From positions 18,662,001 through 18,726,000 of the forward strand of contig CM074515.1 in NCBI GenBank assembly GCA_037379345.1: a stretch of 64,000 nucleotides of DNA. The letters are read 5' to 3'. The stretch's first letter is position 1. Every line of letters begins with the position of its first letter. Made by a program: the position numbers and the translations under genes. This document shows, in pieces, positions 15,001-30,000 of this stretch. The notes beneath the pieces are model-generated. The model had not been told where the DNA came from and ran no database searches. It worked only from the letters and a program-made list of their open reading frames with translations. The DNA comes from Perna viridis. Lineage: Eukaryota.

Positions 15001-18000
15001 CCCAATAAGGACAAGGCATTCACAAATCTGGCCTTGGTATAGGTGGTGGCATGATAGCCAACTTAGGAACATTAGTTTACTAACCTAGATTTGGTGAAGG
15101 TGTTGAGATGATCGCCCAGGTAGGATCATGAGTTTACTTACATGGTTTTGATGTAGATGGTGACATAATAGCCAATTTAGGACCAGCAGTTTACAAACAT
15201 GGCTTTGGTGTAGTTGGTGGGATGATAGCCGACGTAAAACAAGTAGTTTACTAACCTGGCTGTTGTGTAGGTGGTGACAGGATAGCCCAGTTAGAACCAG
15301 AAGTTTTCTTACCTGTATTTAGTGTAAGTGTTGGCATGATATCACAGTTTAATCCAGGAGTTTACAAGCTTGGTTTTGGTGTAGATGGTGGCATGATAGC
15401 ATATTTAAAACCAGTAGTTTACTAACCTGGCTTTGGTGTAGGCATTGACATATTATCACAGTTTGGTTTAGGAGCTTACTGACCTGGTTTGGTGTACATG
15501 GTAACATAATACCCTAATTAGGAGCAGGAGTGGCTTTGTTGTATGTGTTAGCCTGCCAAGTTTGGTCAAGGAGTTTACTAACCTGGTTTTCCTGTAAATG
15601 GTGACAAGATAACCTAGTTAGGAGCAGGAGTTTACTCACCTGGCTTTTAACCTAGTTAGGAGCAGGAGTTTACTCACCTGGCTTTGGTGTAGGTGGTGCC
15701 ATTGTAGACTGGTTTGGACCAGGAGTTACAACAACTATTTGTCCATTAGGTAATTTCATGGTTGGCTGAGGTGTAGGCATGGGTGTTGGGTTTGGAGCAC
15801 TGCCAGTGAAAGATCCAAAAACTGGTACTGGTGGAGTAAAGATACCAGGGGTAGGTGTAGCATTTGGTGGAATGAGATCACACTGTGGTACTTTACAACA
15901 CTGTGGGTCTTTAGGATCAGCTACCAATGTACATCCAGCAGGTAGACTGTCATAACGTGCACATCTAAAATAAGTATATGTGGGTTCATTATTAGTAACT
16001 CATAAATGTTATATAATCTTCATGGGCAATTTCAATACCTTCTGATCTATTTCTTTATTCATTAAACATCAACTCTTTTCATAAATAACAATGATATGTA
16101 TTCCAATAAATATTACAGATGATATTGTCACTCAGACATTCAAAAGAAACATGTCTACATTTATACAGCGAAAAGTAAATACATCTTAAATACAACTGAG
16201 TAAGGCAACCTGAATATTGTAATCATTTAGTGTAGCAACTTGCTAATTGTAACCACCAAGTGTACCAACCTAAATATTGTGATCACCGAGTGTAGCAAAC
16301 CTAAATATGGTGTCCATTGAGCGTAGCAAACCTAAATACTGGGACCACTGAGTGCAGCAACCTGAATATTGCGATCAATAAATTATAGCAACTTGAATAT
16401 TGTAATTCCTGAGTGTAGTAACCTGATTTTTCACTTAGTGTAGAGAAACTTTAACACTTCACCACTCAGCCCTGATATTGTTATCCCTGTTAGAATAACT
16501 CATTGTAACAACCTTATTATTGTTACCTGAAAAATTATGGGAAAGAAATGAGTACAAACCTCTGTTGACACCTATAGAATCCAGACATAGCATTTTCACA
16601 TCGACAGACCTGGTCACATCCATCATACCATTGCTGACCCTGTCTGTAAGCAACTCCATTGTACATACACACAGCTGTAATATCACAATAAATTACAAAT
16701 AATCAGTTTATACAAATATAGTACATTATCAGACTTTTAAATAATAAGATTTTTATTCCATCTTACATGTAGAATATATATTCTTTATTTAGTACTTTCA
16801 GTTGGTCTTGTAATGGCCTGAAAAGCATCATACATTCATCATCAAATCTAACTACAATGGTGAAAGGCATTGCAGAGTTTAGGGATACATACGTAGTGGT
16901 GCAGGTGTGACATAAGGTCCTGGTGTTACAGGTCCTGTTGGTGCTGGAGTAGGAACTCCAGTGTATGGTAGAGGTGTAACATTTGGACCAGGTGTTGGTT
17001 TGATAGGACAGAAAACAGTCTGGCAGCAAGCATTCTTAGGATCTTGGACAAGTGTACAGAATGATGGTATTTGTGGATGTCTCTCACAGCTGAAAATTAA
17101 TACAATATAAAATGCTTTTGTATTGATATTATAAAAAGAGTATAGTACAGAGAAATAAATTGTTAACATGCTCTTGACCTATATTAAACAATAAAGAAAG
17201 AAAATTGAGCATGGTTTACAAACATTTTAATCACTTTGAATGGGTATATGGGAGACAGTTAACTATCTGATGTGGATGATTTTGTGTAATAAACTTTTTT
17301 ATGTTAAAAGTATGAAATATATATATATATATTAGATGAATGTGCACTTGCTAATCTTCCAATAAGACTTTTGGTGGGGTACTTTCAATGGCAGCTATAT
17401 AAATGTGTGGGTAAAAAACTTTCAAAGTTGCAGTTTTTCACCTTCAATGCAGGAGACACATTCTTTGTGGGAGACAGAGCTTAAATGTGGAGTCTCCCTT
17501 AAATATGGGAGAGTTAATAGGTATGTGTTTATAAGTTTGGTTTGTATCCAATAAGACAGAAAACATCTTACACTTCTGTACATCTGTATCGTCCTGTTTG
17601 TTCATCAAAACATTCACATTCAAACAAACATCCATCCTTCCATTTCTGTCCTTGTCTGTAGATTTGTCCATTGTAAACACAGGCCTCTGAAACAAAATCA
17701 AAGTCATCTTTCATTTTTTCATTCATATCAAATATTAAATTACACATAACAGTACTCATAGGAATCTATAATAACCAATCACGCTAATATGTGAAAATTG
17801 GTGACATTCAGTATTTACCAGAACATTTCTTGGTTGAAACTGATTGAAATTATAAAGATCATACTTTCTACCATCTACGAACATACACATTCTTAAAATT
17901 AAATTATCTCCCTTTATAGTGATCCAACAACAGTTATATTCCTCCATGCATTTCTACACATGATGCATAACCTTCTAATAAAATTTCATCAAAATATGTT

Positions 18001-21000
18001 AGGCAGTGCAGTAGGATATGAGACGGTTCCTATATATTTTTTAATGTATTCAATGTATTCATTAGTTCATTTAAGAATTGGCTACAATAAAAATTTTGTC
18101 TATTGAAAAATAACAGAAAATTTCCACGTGCATATTGTTTATAGTGCGAAGTGCAATAAACAATATATGCTCGTGGAAAATTTATGTTATTTTTTCAATA
18201 GACAAATATTTTATCATAGCCAATTCTTATAAATTAATTTGAAAACATATTTTTATCTTAAAACATGAAAAAAGTAGCTCTGAATTTAACTGAATAAGGG
18301 CGTGTCAATATTTTTTTATCTATTGAGATAAAACAAAATTATTTGAACCAATCAGATTACAGTATTTATCTCAACTTAATTTATTTCCTTTTATATCTCA
18401 AAACATTGGCACATCACTTTAATACATGTATTAGGTCATGCTTCATTTAATTCATATTTCAAATCAATGTACAAATTCTTTGTGTTAAAACTTGGATTTT
18501 GCTGGTGAAACACTCAAATTGTTAGTGTAACACAGTATTTCACTTAGATTAGGACTGGGAGTTTCAGCGTTAATACTTTCTATGTATAGAGCTGAACCAC
18601 TTTAAACTCAAGCCACACATTTGTCTTCAGTAGATGTCTATAGAGAAAACCCACTAAATTCTGAGAGACAGGAAGGTTACTATTCATATAATTTGTTTCC
18701 ATTTGGTTGATTTTAGAGTGAGATGAATGTATGATTTTCTCAAAAGTGTAGATCTGAATATGGCAATGATTTTTATTATGTAAATATATAGCATACAGAG
18801 ACTGAAAAAAAACATTGTTTGTTCTGTGGGTTGCTCTACACCATGAATCACTTTACCATTGGCAATGTCTGGATTTTATATGGACTGGTACTTAATATAA
18901 TTATAACATTATCTTCATGGTATATCTAAGATACATTTGAACAAAAAGTCAACCTGCTATATGATTTTTAATGCTTGTATTTTTGTAAATAGTAATTTTG
19001 AAGAATAAATCAGTTCAAAATCCCTCAAAACAAGAAATTTTCCTCAGTAACATTAGTCCTTCCATCATCCCTACTTACAGTCTTTGTGTAAGTTTCTTTT
19101 TTTATTTCATTAGGTAAAGATATGTAACCATATAATAAGGTAATTGCAAGACTTTAATTTATAATGCATAACCTTGGAGCTGAGGGCAATATACAATCAT
19201 ATATATTAATACATGTATTATAAAGTTAATACTCCCTTAATTTATGAAATAATTTATTTATTATATAACAGAGTCAAAATTTTGTTTAAAACACCTTTTA
19301 AAGATAAAGCTATTGATAGTTTGATCAAACTATCTGCACCAATTGGAATTCATTGCATGTTTCCTTTTGTTTGTTTTGTACTAAATATCATGGTATATTA
19401 TAAACATACTTCCTGCATTAATCTGTGGTATATTCTGACCATTTGGTCCTTGTGGTGGTAAGCCTCCAGTAATAACACCTTTAGGTGCAGTAATTACTTG
19501 GTATGGGTTTTTAGGGTTAGGGTCAACACAGAGTGGAGCTTGACAACACTGATCGTTAGGATCTGTCAACAACTGACATCCTGCCTTCAATGGTGGGTAG
19601 GTTGGACATCTGACAATAAGAATAGTGTGTTAATACATACTACTGATACACATATCTCTCATCAATTTCGTTTCAATTTCCAAAATATGTTTGCAAAAGA
19701 CTGAAATGATGTTTTTAATTTCTATTAATATTTTCTGGCAACATAAAATAGAAGTAGTTATTACATATAAGGTTACACATTTACAAAAAAAAACATTTAA
19801 ACAGCTAATGCCTTCATTCACAACCCTTTATTTATGTTAAAAAGCTCCTGTCTTCATTCACAACTACTGGTACATCAGCTAAATAGCCCATACCTTCATT
19901 CACAACCTCTGGTACAAGCTAAAAGGCTCCTCCTTTCATTACAATCTCTGGTCCAAGCTAAAAAGCCCATACCTTCAGTCCAACCCCTGGTACAAGTTAA
20001 AAAGCTCACACCTTCAGTCACAACCCCTGGTACAAGATGAAAATCCCAAACCTTCATTCAAAACCCCTGGTACAATCTAAAAAGCTACAACACTCAGTCA
20101 CAACCCTTGGTACAAGCTAAAAAGCTCCAACCTTCAGTTACAACTCCTGGTACGAGATAAAAACCTCCCGTCTGCAGTCACAACCTCTGGTATAAGCTAA
20201 AAAGTCACAACCCTTTGTTCAACTTAAAAAAGCTCCTTCCATCATTCACAACCCCTGTTATATAATAAAAAGCCTCCTGTCTTCATGAAAGTTTTAAATA
20301 TCCCCATCTTTTATTAAAAAGGCATTTGAATAAACTAAATTTTATTAAAGATGACAAGCATAAATGAAGATGGCCATGAATAAATAGTTACCTGTCATCA
20401 CAGTTAATTATATCATTATCAGCATCATCACATCTACATCTCTTCTCACATCCAACATTGAAAGTTTGTCCTTGTCTGTATGGTATACCATTGTAAATGC
20501 AATATTCTGAAATTGATCATAGAACCATGAAATTCAAATCGGAGGACAAAAACGCATGATAAACCAAATAACAATTATGATCTGATTTACACAGTGAGCT
20601 GCTGATTATTACATTTGTACAATGATAAAGAAAGAATAGACATGGCAGAATGCAACAAAAGTTCTTCAACATGGGTAAACACTCCTTTAAGCAAGCTCTG
20701 AAAGTTCCAGACCAACAAAAGTAATAGTTCCACGGTAACAGATATTGATAACAATTTCTCATAATCAAACTAAAAAGTAATATAACTTCACAAACACACA
20801 GTAAATGCCTGTAGAATCACCACAAGGTTTTCAAAAGTAAGGCTCTGTTTCTCTAATATTCTCAAATTGTTGTGAGAAGCTAATCCAACACACAATACAT
20901 TTTCTTAATTTTGTGTGACCCTCTGGATAGCATTAATCAATATAGCAAAGTGAAAACATACATGGGACCTGCCAAGAGGGTGGAATCTCCCATTTTTTAA

Positions 21001-24000
21001 CATAGTCGCCTGTCCTACTACTTGGAAGATCAAACACCAATTTGATAATACAAAATTGTAATAAATGATATATGTGAATATCAGAGTCAGCTACTGTACA
21101 CAGGCAGATATTTTTCACATGAAATTCATGTTAATCAGGCTTCACATGAAATTCATGTTAATCAGGCTTCACATGTAATTCAAGTGAACTTCACATGAAG
21201 TTAACATTGTTTTCACTTGAAATTCACTTAACATGAATTGCATGCAAACAACTCATGTGAATTTCACATGAAGGCTTGATTCACACAAATTTCACATGAT
21301 CTCTGTTACAAATTTATTAGCTCAGTTCAGGTGAAAATCATTTGAAATTCATGTTAAAATTATGTGAAATAAGTTATAGACCTTATTTTTGCTATTTTCC
21401 CAATGGACAGACAACTGCAAAAGATACTACCAGCGAAATGATTTTTTGAACACTATATGACGCCTACCATTTTTTCTGAAACAGTGAAAATAGATACCCA
21501 TGAATAAGTCCATTTGACAGAATCTAAGAATGTAAGCAACCACAAAAATCTATACATAAACAGTACCCTATGTTTATGTCTGACATTACACAATTAAAGT
21601 TAAGAAGATTACTGTACTTTTATACAACCTCTTAACATGCAATTCATTTCTGCCATACTTCAATGACGACAAAGGCAACCAAAAATTGTCACAAAAATAA
21701 TCAAGAAAGTTAAATGTTGCTATTGTTAAATAGTCACAACCTTTTGATGAAGTATGTTGATTTAAAAACATCCTAAATGGAGGTCTTAACTCCTGACCAA
21801 AATGTTAAAATTTCCATATCAGAGTTTCAAGGTTTACAATATGTACCATAATTCAAAACTTAAACAGCACAACCATCAATTATCTTTACTTGTATGTAGA
21901 AAAAATCATTTAACACACATCATAAGATGAGTGAACTTCAAAAATTAATGTCATAAGGTGATTAAATTGCAACTCTACAATTAAGATAAAAAAAATCAAA
22001 ACAAAAAAGTCACAATGCTATTAAAATAAAGAGGAAATGTACATCTAGCCAAGTATCAAAGGGAATTTTCTGATATATACTTACTTGGTTGAGGAGCAAG
22101 AGGATTGTAGGTTGGTGGCTGGATAGTCTGGTTGGTACCTGGAACTGGAGTTACACAGTCTGGCAATGGACAACATGGGTCTTGTGGGTTGTACTTCAGC
22201 TTACATGTTGGTGGTATATTGGTCATATCTGAACATCTGTAAAATGATATTATCGATAATTAGTACTGATCTAATCTTTATATCAATCATTAAGAAACAC
22301 TGACAACCTACATGTTTGGACCACCTACATGCAGACTCATCTAAAAAAATCAAAATGGCCAAACATGTTTTTAAAATGTTTGACAGTGTCATTTTCCTCC
22401 TTTGATAGTGTTTAACATTACCATTCTCCTCCTTGGATAGTGTTTAACATTACCATTCTCCTCCAAGGATAGTGTTTACCACTGTCATTCTCCTCATTGG
22501 TTAGTGTTTAACAGTGTCATTCTCCTCTTTGGTTAGTGTTTAACATTACCATTCTCCTCCTTGGTTAGTGTTTAACAGTGTCATTCTCCTCCTTGGTTAG
22601 TGTTTAACATTACCATTCTCCTCCTTTGTTAGTGTTTAACAGTGTCATTCTCCTCCTTGGTCAGTGTTTAACATTACCATTCTCCTCCTTGGTTAGTGTT
22701 TAACATTACCATTCTCCTCCTTGGTTAGTTTTTAACATTACCAAATATAAGAAAGAAACTATTTCTGTTTACATATACACTTGTAAAGTTTTCTCATTGC
22801 ATCCATGTGTAATTACATAGCAATCCACCAATGAGGTTTGTCTCACAGGAAAAAATGCAACATATGTTTTCATATGTTTTAAAACATATGGATACATATG
22901 CTTAGGACCAAAATTGGAATAAATAGTTTTGTACCTATAAAAAACACATGGAAATAGTTTTTTGCCAAAGCTATACGAAACCCATATTCTTATAACTCAT
23001 TAAGGCCTATGGATAATATATATTTCACATATGATTTATATTTTTTTATAAGTTAATTTGTTTGTCAAACAAATTTATTTTTCACGGTGGTGCTTTATAG
23101 ATGAAAAACATATGTATTTCAAGTTTTTTTTTCAAACATACAAAAAACATATATTGCAATTATTCCTGTGTACCAAGGTATCACTTATGCAGTCCTCTCT
23201 TGGTATAACCATACTGACATGCGCAGTAACACAACCATCTTGCCATGACACCATTCATACCTTGGAATACATTTGTGAAGTCCTCTCTTGGCATCCTCAC
23301 ACTGACATGTATATTTACATCCATCCTGCCATTTCTGGCCTTGTTGGTAGAAGTTTCCATTATAGATACACACCTCTGTAAAATGAAGTAAATAATAATC
23401 AGTTCTAATAAAAACCAGGCAAAACTACATTGATATGTGGCTATCATCCCTGAATAGATCAATAAACCAGGCAAAACTACATTGATATGTGACTATCATC
23501 CCTGGATAAATCAATATTTTACTGTTTTTAGTTCACTCCATCAGTGCTATGTTCCTAAGTGATCCATTACTGTAAACCTAATTATTTTTGCAGTGTACTA
23601 ATTTTTTCTATTTTTGCAGTAGACAGAAAATCATGAAAAATAGTGCACACTAAAGTCATTTTTACACTATATAACACTAATCATTTTTTTAAACCATGAA
23701 AAATTGATAAACCCATAAATATGTTCATTTTAAAGAGTCCATTGAAACTTGCAACCACAACAATTAATGTTAACAGTATATTCAAATGCTTCATTGATTA
23801 CTTTATATTTGTTTCATTGATTATTTTATATTTGCTTCATTGATTATTTTATATTTGTTTCATTGATTATTTTATATTTGCTTCATTGATTATTTTATGT
23901 TTTAACAGTTTCAATGCTTTTTCATAATGTCTTTTCAAGTTTTTAGACAAGGTTTTACAAGAAAATGTATAAAAATATGTTTTCCTTACTGCAAAAAGAT

Positions 24001-27000
24001 AAATAAAGGAATTGAAGTTAACTTGCTCATACTCTCCTAACCCTAACTATGTTATTTTTTGTAATCTTCCTTTCTTTAATGTATAGCTCTGATGGACATT
24101 TTTCTGTGTTATGTATTTTTACTTTTAAGAAGCTACTTGTTTCAGAAAACACGACTCATAAATACATAAAATCATGAACAGTTTCTATACTTTTATCATC
24201 ATATAAAAGTGATAAGTCATTGCAAGTTATACCTCTGGAAAAGATAAGTACCTAGCCTTTTTCAACATTTATATGTAACTTTCACATATTACAGAAATCA
24301 TTTCAAGTTATCAAATTGTTTTTGGAAATCTTAATCACCATTCCTTTGGAGCATTTATACAGTGACTGATTGACATACACTGGATGCATAACATAGCAAC
24401 AGACCTGCTATCGACTAGTTGGAGAGTAAAAATACAGACATTGTTAATTGAATAGTTGGAGAGTAAAAATACAGACCTTTTTAATTGACTGGTTTGAACG
24501 TAAAAGCACAGACCCTATCTATTGATTTGTTGGAGGGTAAAAGCACAGACTTTGTTTATTGACTTGTTAGACAGTAAAAACACAACTCCTGTAAAAATGC
24601 TGACCCTTTTAATTGACTTGTCGGAGGGACCAAATTAATTGACTTGTCGGAGGGACCAAATTAATTGACTTGTCGGAGGGACCAAATGAATTGACTTATT
24701 TGATGGAAGAAACACAACCTAGTTAATGCAATGTTTGGTAGAAGATCAGAACCTGTTAATTAACTAATTAGTTTGTAGAAACACAAACACTAGGCCTGTA
24801 AATTGACTCTCAAATGATTCTATGAAAGAAATATAGACCAATTTGTTAGTGAAATGGTTGATAGACACATAGATCCTGTTAATGGTATAGTTGATAGTCC
24901 TAACTCCTAGCTAAGAGCTTAGATTGTTGATAGAAATAGTCTTACCTGGTTGTGGTGGTGGTGTAACAGTGCCTCCAGTAAACATGTTACCAGGGCCAAA
25001 TGTCAAGTAAACTTGGGGTTGAGGTGGGTTGGTTCCAGATATTACTGGTGGGTTTGTGTACTGTGATGGACATTGCGGTTTCTTACAACATTCTGGATCA
25101 GATGGATCTGGGATCATGATACAATTTGGCTGGGTATCGTACTGTGGACATCTATAAAAGGATTAACATCATTTAAAAATTAAAAACAGTGTGAAACAGG
25201 CAGCAATAACTAGTACTTAATTATGTGAAAATGACATCAACAACAATTAATTTAAAAACTTAAAAAATCAATTGGTTGATTTTCATGACATCAAAAAGTA
25301 AATTAGGAAGTGAGGAAAAAAAAACACCCAAGAACCTTTGGTCCCAGTACACTAAGAATGGACCAACAGAAAACACTCAGAAGTCTACAAGCCCATATAT
25401 GAAAACATCAATGATTCTAAAAGCCCATTCCATAAAATATAGACATAGGGGAATTACAAGAACTCAGTTGTCTACAAGATCATTACATAAACAACGGAGA
25501 ATGGGAAACACCAGGGAGTTTACAAGCTTGTTTCATGAAATATTGATATGAGAAGTACAGATGAGTCTATTAACATGATTAAGACAGTGAAAAGGCATAA
25601 CCAATTATTTAAAAATTTAGTTGGATTTCCTGACCTTGAAGAGCATTGGTAAACTCCAGTCATTCCATTAGTACAGACACATTTCATGTCACAGCCATCA
25701 TACCATGCTTGTCCTTGTGTGTAAGTTCTACCCTTGTAAGTACAAACTTCTACAAAAACAATAAATATATAACTAAACCTTGCCCTAGATTACATAATTG
25801 TTGGCAAAGATTGACCTTGTCAGAAAGGTAAAGAACACACAAAGTTTTAACCAATGGTTATATAGGTAAGATAGGTAATATCCTGACAGGGGTTCTCTGT
25901 CTAAAAATGATGGATCTCAACTGGAAGGATTTAGCTGCTTTTGAAACATTACTGAAAAAAAGTATTGCACTTTGAATCCCTACCAAGGTTATTAATATAT
26001 TATTAATCAACTTATTATATGTTATCCTCATGAATCGTGATGACACAGTTTAAGGGCTGGGTAGAGCCAATATCTTGATCCAATAACGATAGATTTATGC
26101 ATCTTAAAGTAAGGACAGACATTTTTACCTGATGGGTTTGGCAGGAATGGGATAAGTGTAGTTGGTTGTGGTCCTGGTGTTATGTGTTGACCTGCAGTTG
26201 GAACTGGCCCTCCTGGTTTGGGGGTAGGAGTATATGTAACTGGGTTTGGTGCAGGTGTATTGGGACAACTTGGTACACGACAGCATGGATCATTGACATC
26301 AGTCACCATAATACAACCAGCTGGTAATTGTGGGAATTTAGCACATCTGTAAATTACACATTATTGATGAGCTGTTATCATTTTTAGAAATGTCAATTTA
26401 GAGCAAATAGTATTGGGATTGCACATAACACAAGTATCATTACCCTACTGTTAATTCACTTCACTTTGTAAGAAATTTAATGGTCCAATTCAAAATTTCA
26501 CATTTCCAGTTCCGTCCTCATAAACAATGTTGCACTGTCGTAGCATACTCATAAACTATGTCTTAACCAATTAGGAATGTCATAAACAATAGAAATCAAA
26601 CAATGTAATACAATGCTGAAAGATCTGAATCAGTCCAAAGGAGAATTAAGAATTAAAAGTACATTGTACTTGACAAATTCTTGTAATATTTGAATCAACA
26701 TGTATTACTGATGATTTTCTTCACATGAAAAGCATACTGCCTGCCTAACATTATAGCTGTAAAACCTGGATGATTGTTACCTAGCTATGTCATTAAATCT
26801 TATGTGAATTATGGTGGAAAAAAACTCACAAGTCCATCCATGAAATATTATTTAAAATAATATTTGAATTGAAGAAATGGCATTCATATACTTCTTAATT
26901 GTCAGTAATTCAAGGCATCAATTGCAATTTCATCATCAAAGGGAAATATCATTTTCCAATGTCACTCAACGGTAACTTGAACTGGCCTATCTGCATCCTC

Positions 27001-30000
27001 TTACACTTCCAAGTCAAACAGACTGTCAATCTGACTTCAATGGACCATTAACTATGTGCAAACATTGTCAAATCTGAGTCTGATTCATAATTGTTCAATT
27101 ATACTTGATTCTTACAGATTCAAATACTTATGTCATATAAACAATTACTGTTTAGAATACACATTAAAAAACATTTGGGGGGATCTTTATATGTTATATT
27201 TTCACATAACTATATTCTCTCTGTATACAGATGTGTATTTTTTTTTTTTTTGCTTTTAGAAAACCATATATTCATAATCTCACTAAAATGATAACTCTTG
27301 CAAAGTGCCAAATTCAGACACAAGCTATTAAAGTGCAATAACCAAGTAACAAACTAAGACCTGTTATATGGTCTTAAACCATTACTGATTAGAAATAAAA
27401 GTGAAATTTGTAGGTTTTTTTGACATGCAAGAATCACCTCCTCTCTGATGTTTATAAAGACTGGCATTTAATATCATATCCTATACCATCACTTCAGCTT
27501 GTGTTTCTCCAAAAAATCAGAGTATTTAGATATCATTTAGATTGATATATAAGTACAAAAAGAACATTCGTTGACATTCCTAGATATATCACTTGAAAAT
27601 TTTGAAATGATGTGGATGTTAGAACTATCAACTTTGCAAACCAAAGTTTTGGACATTCCCTCTGCAGGATTCAAACTTGCAGCACTGTGAAAAAAAAGCC
27701 TTTCACAGTAACTTGATATTAATAATTGGTAAATTACAGAAATTTGCTCTCTTCCAAAGTATTCCTAATTTTCAGAGGCCTATATGTATACTGTAAACAT
27801 ATATATAGTGTCTACTTCATAATCAACGCACTTGCTCTACTGTCTGCTGGAAATATGACCGTAAGTTTTATTTTTGTTTTGAAAGTCTTAGTACTTTTGG
27901 AGTGGACTGGAGCATATAGGTATCTGAAAATAATTTATAGTTTTGTTGTTTGTTTATATTCCATTTTGTTCTCATTGGGATAGGATTTATATAGGCAATA
28001 TCCGTTATCCAATACCCTTTTGATTTATTTCAATAAATAGTTTGAAATGAAATGTAATGAATAGAGTGGTTCACATTCTGAGACAGATATACAGATATTT
28101 AGAAGCATTAGATAAAGAGAGGATATGTTATTGATAAGTTATTGAAAATGTCTAACCTTTCTGTGCATTGATAAACACCAGACATTCCATCAACACAGAC
28201 ACAGTTGTAATCACACCCATCTCTCCATTTTTGGCCAGTAGAGTATCGTACACCCTTATATTCACAATACTCTGTAATATGAACAAAAAAGCTAACCATT
28301 ATTATTATAGTTAATCAAATCATTAATACACAATTACATATATGACACTTCAGTTTGTTTCACATCATCATTTCCTTAAAGATGTTCATTGGTTGTCTTC
28401 AGCCATTTTTGTTGGATCTTCAGATGCCTCTGGTTTTATCCATTCTACTTTTCTTTTGATAATTTCATTTTACACACCTCCAAACCATAATAAGGAAATT
28501 TTTCTGAAATCTTTTTTATTTTCTGAGTGACTTTAATAGATAAAATTTACTAAGACAAAACCTAAGGAGAAACTAGAAAAATTACTCCTTTTCCAGCCAA
28601 AATTTCAAATGCTTATATCTCAAAATGAATACAATGACCCATCTCTTTTTTCTACTTATATTGTTCTGACATGAAAGAACTTAAAAAGATTTCACAACTC
28701 TTTGGAATTCTTGTTACCATTAAATAGATCAGAAAACATCTATACGGTACCAGACAGCCCAGTTTTATAATTGAATTTGATTAGTAAAAAGCCTTATGAT
28801 TGGATGGTTCTCAGTGAACAAACCAGGTTATTTTATATGATCTGGTTTGCTACAATGAAGTCATTATTGTTTATTTGTCAACATTCTGAGTCTCACAAGT
28901 CAAAGAGTAATCAAGGGAACCAAGGCCATAGCGGTAATCAAAAGAATGTAATCCAGGGACAAAGACCAGAAATGGAAAACAGACATACACAACAAAGAAC
29001 ATAAAGTAATTAAAATCATACATAAAAAGTAACAAAAGTGAATGAGCAACTCGGACTCCACTAAAAACTGGGAGCATGGACCAGGTGCACCAGTAGGGTA
29101 AGTCAAACTAATGGTTTGATACTGAAGCTTTCATTTTCCTATATTAGTTTGTAGCATTTTATTAAATGCATTTTTTGCTAACCCTCCTCCTTTAGAAGGG
29201 AGACTCCCTTTTTTCGGTTAATCTCCCTCTTTGAGAAAGCCTCCCACTCAGAAGACACAAATCTCCCTCTTAGCAGAAAAAAAAAGTATGTTCTAAATGG
29301 CTTATTAAATTAATATAAATACAATGTATATGTAACATAATAAACACTGAGAAACAATCAACCAATAATTGATCCTTTGTTGTTTTAATTATTCAGATTT
29401 TGATCAGAAACCCCCCGGTAGATTAACGAGATTATCAAAGATTTTATATCTTTGTCTTATCTTTGTACATGGATTTCAGACATAACTTTAACAAAGAGAA
29501 AATTGGCAAAATCGAAAGTAAATATACAGTAAAAAAAGAATTGTAACAGTAAAATCCATATTGAAATAGAAGAATTCCGCTCAAAAGGGATTTCTAGCAA
29601 AACTATCTTTATTTCTGTGAAAAAGGTTATCATGCTAAATATCCCTCTTAAAAAAACTGAAAAGAGGGATATTTATCTCTTTGAGCATTAAAAAGGTTAA
29701 CAGGTATGAAAATGATACTTTAATAAACAATAATTGTATTATTTTGCATTTCAAATAATCCAAAATAAAATAATGTTTTGATAATGAATCAATTCTAATA
29801 TTTGGATTTAAAGATATCAGAAATTAACATTCCTAGAATGTTTTTTAAACTTGTTAATTATTATCCAGCAACTATACAATTATACCTGAATTTTAACAAC
29901 AAAACTATGATAATTATAATGAACTGAAAATTGAAACCAAAATATTTAACATACAAGTATGTTCTTTTTTAATGAAGACTGGCTGTACTTAGTTTTTCAT

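Noticed and set aside
14785-15088. ORFs in the 57-bp satellite as extra exons
   Set aside because: Degenerate units with frameshifts; exon 54 read-through stops at GGT GAG TAA; exon 54 joins exon 55 in frame without them.
24400-24945. Satellite as another donor-derived array (exon 46)
   Set aside because: Resemblance to the junction is too weak to support by eye.
27655-27850. Possible tRNA or tRNA-derived SINE head (ggattcaaac B-box-like)
   Set aside because: No cloverleaf could be built; too degenerate to call.
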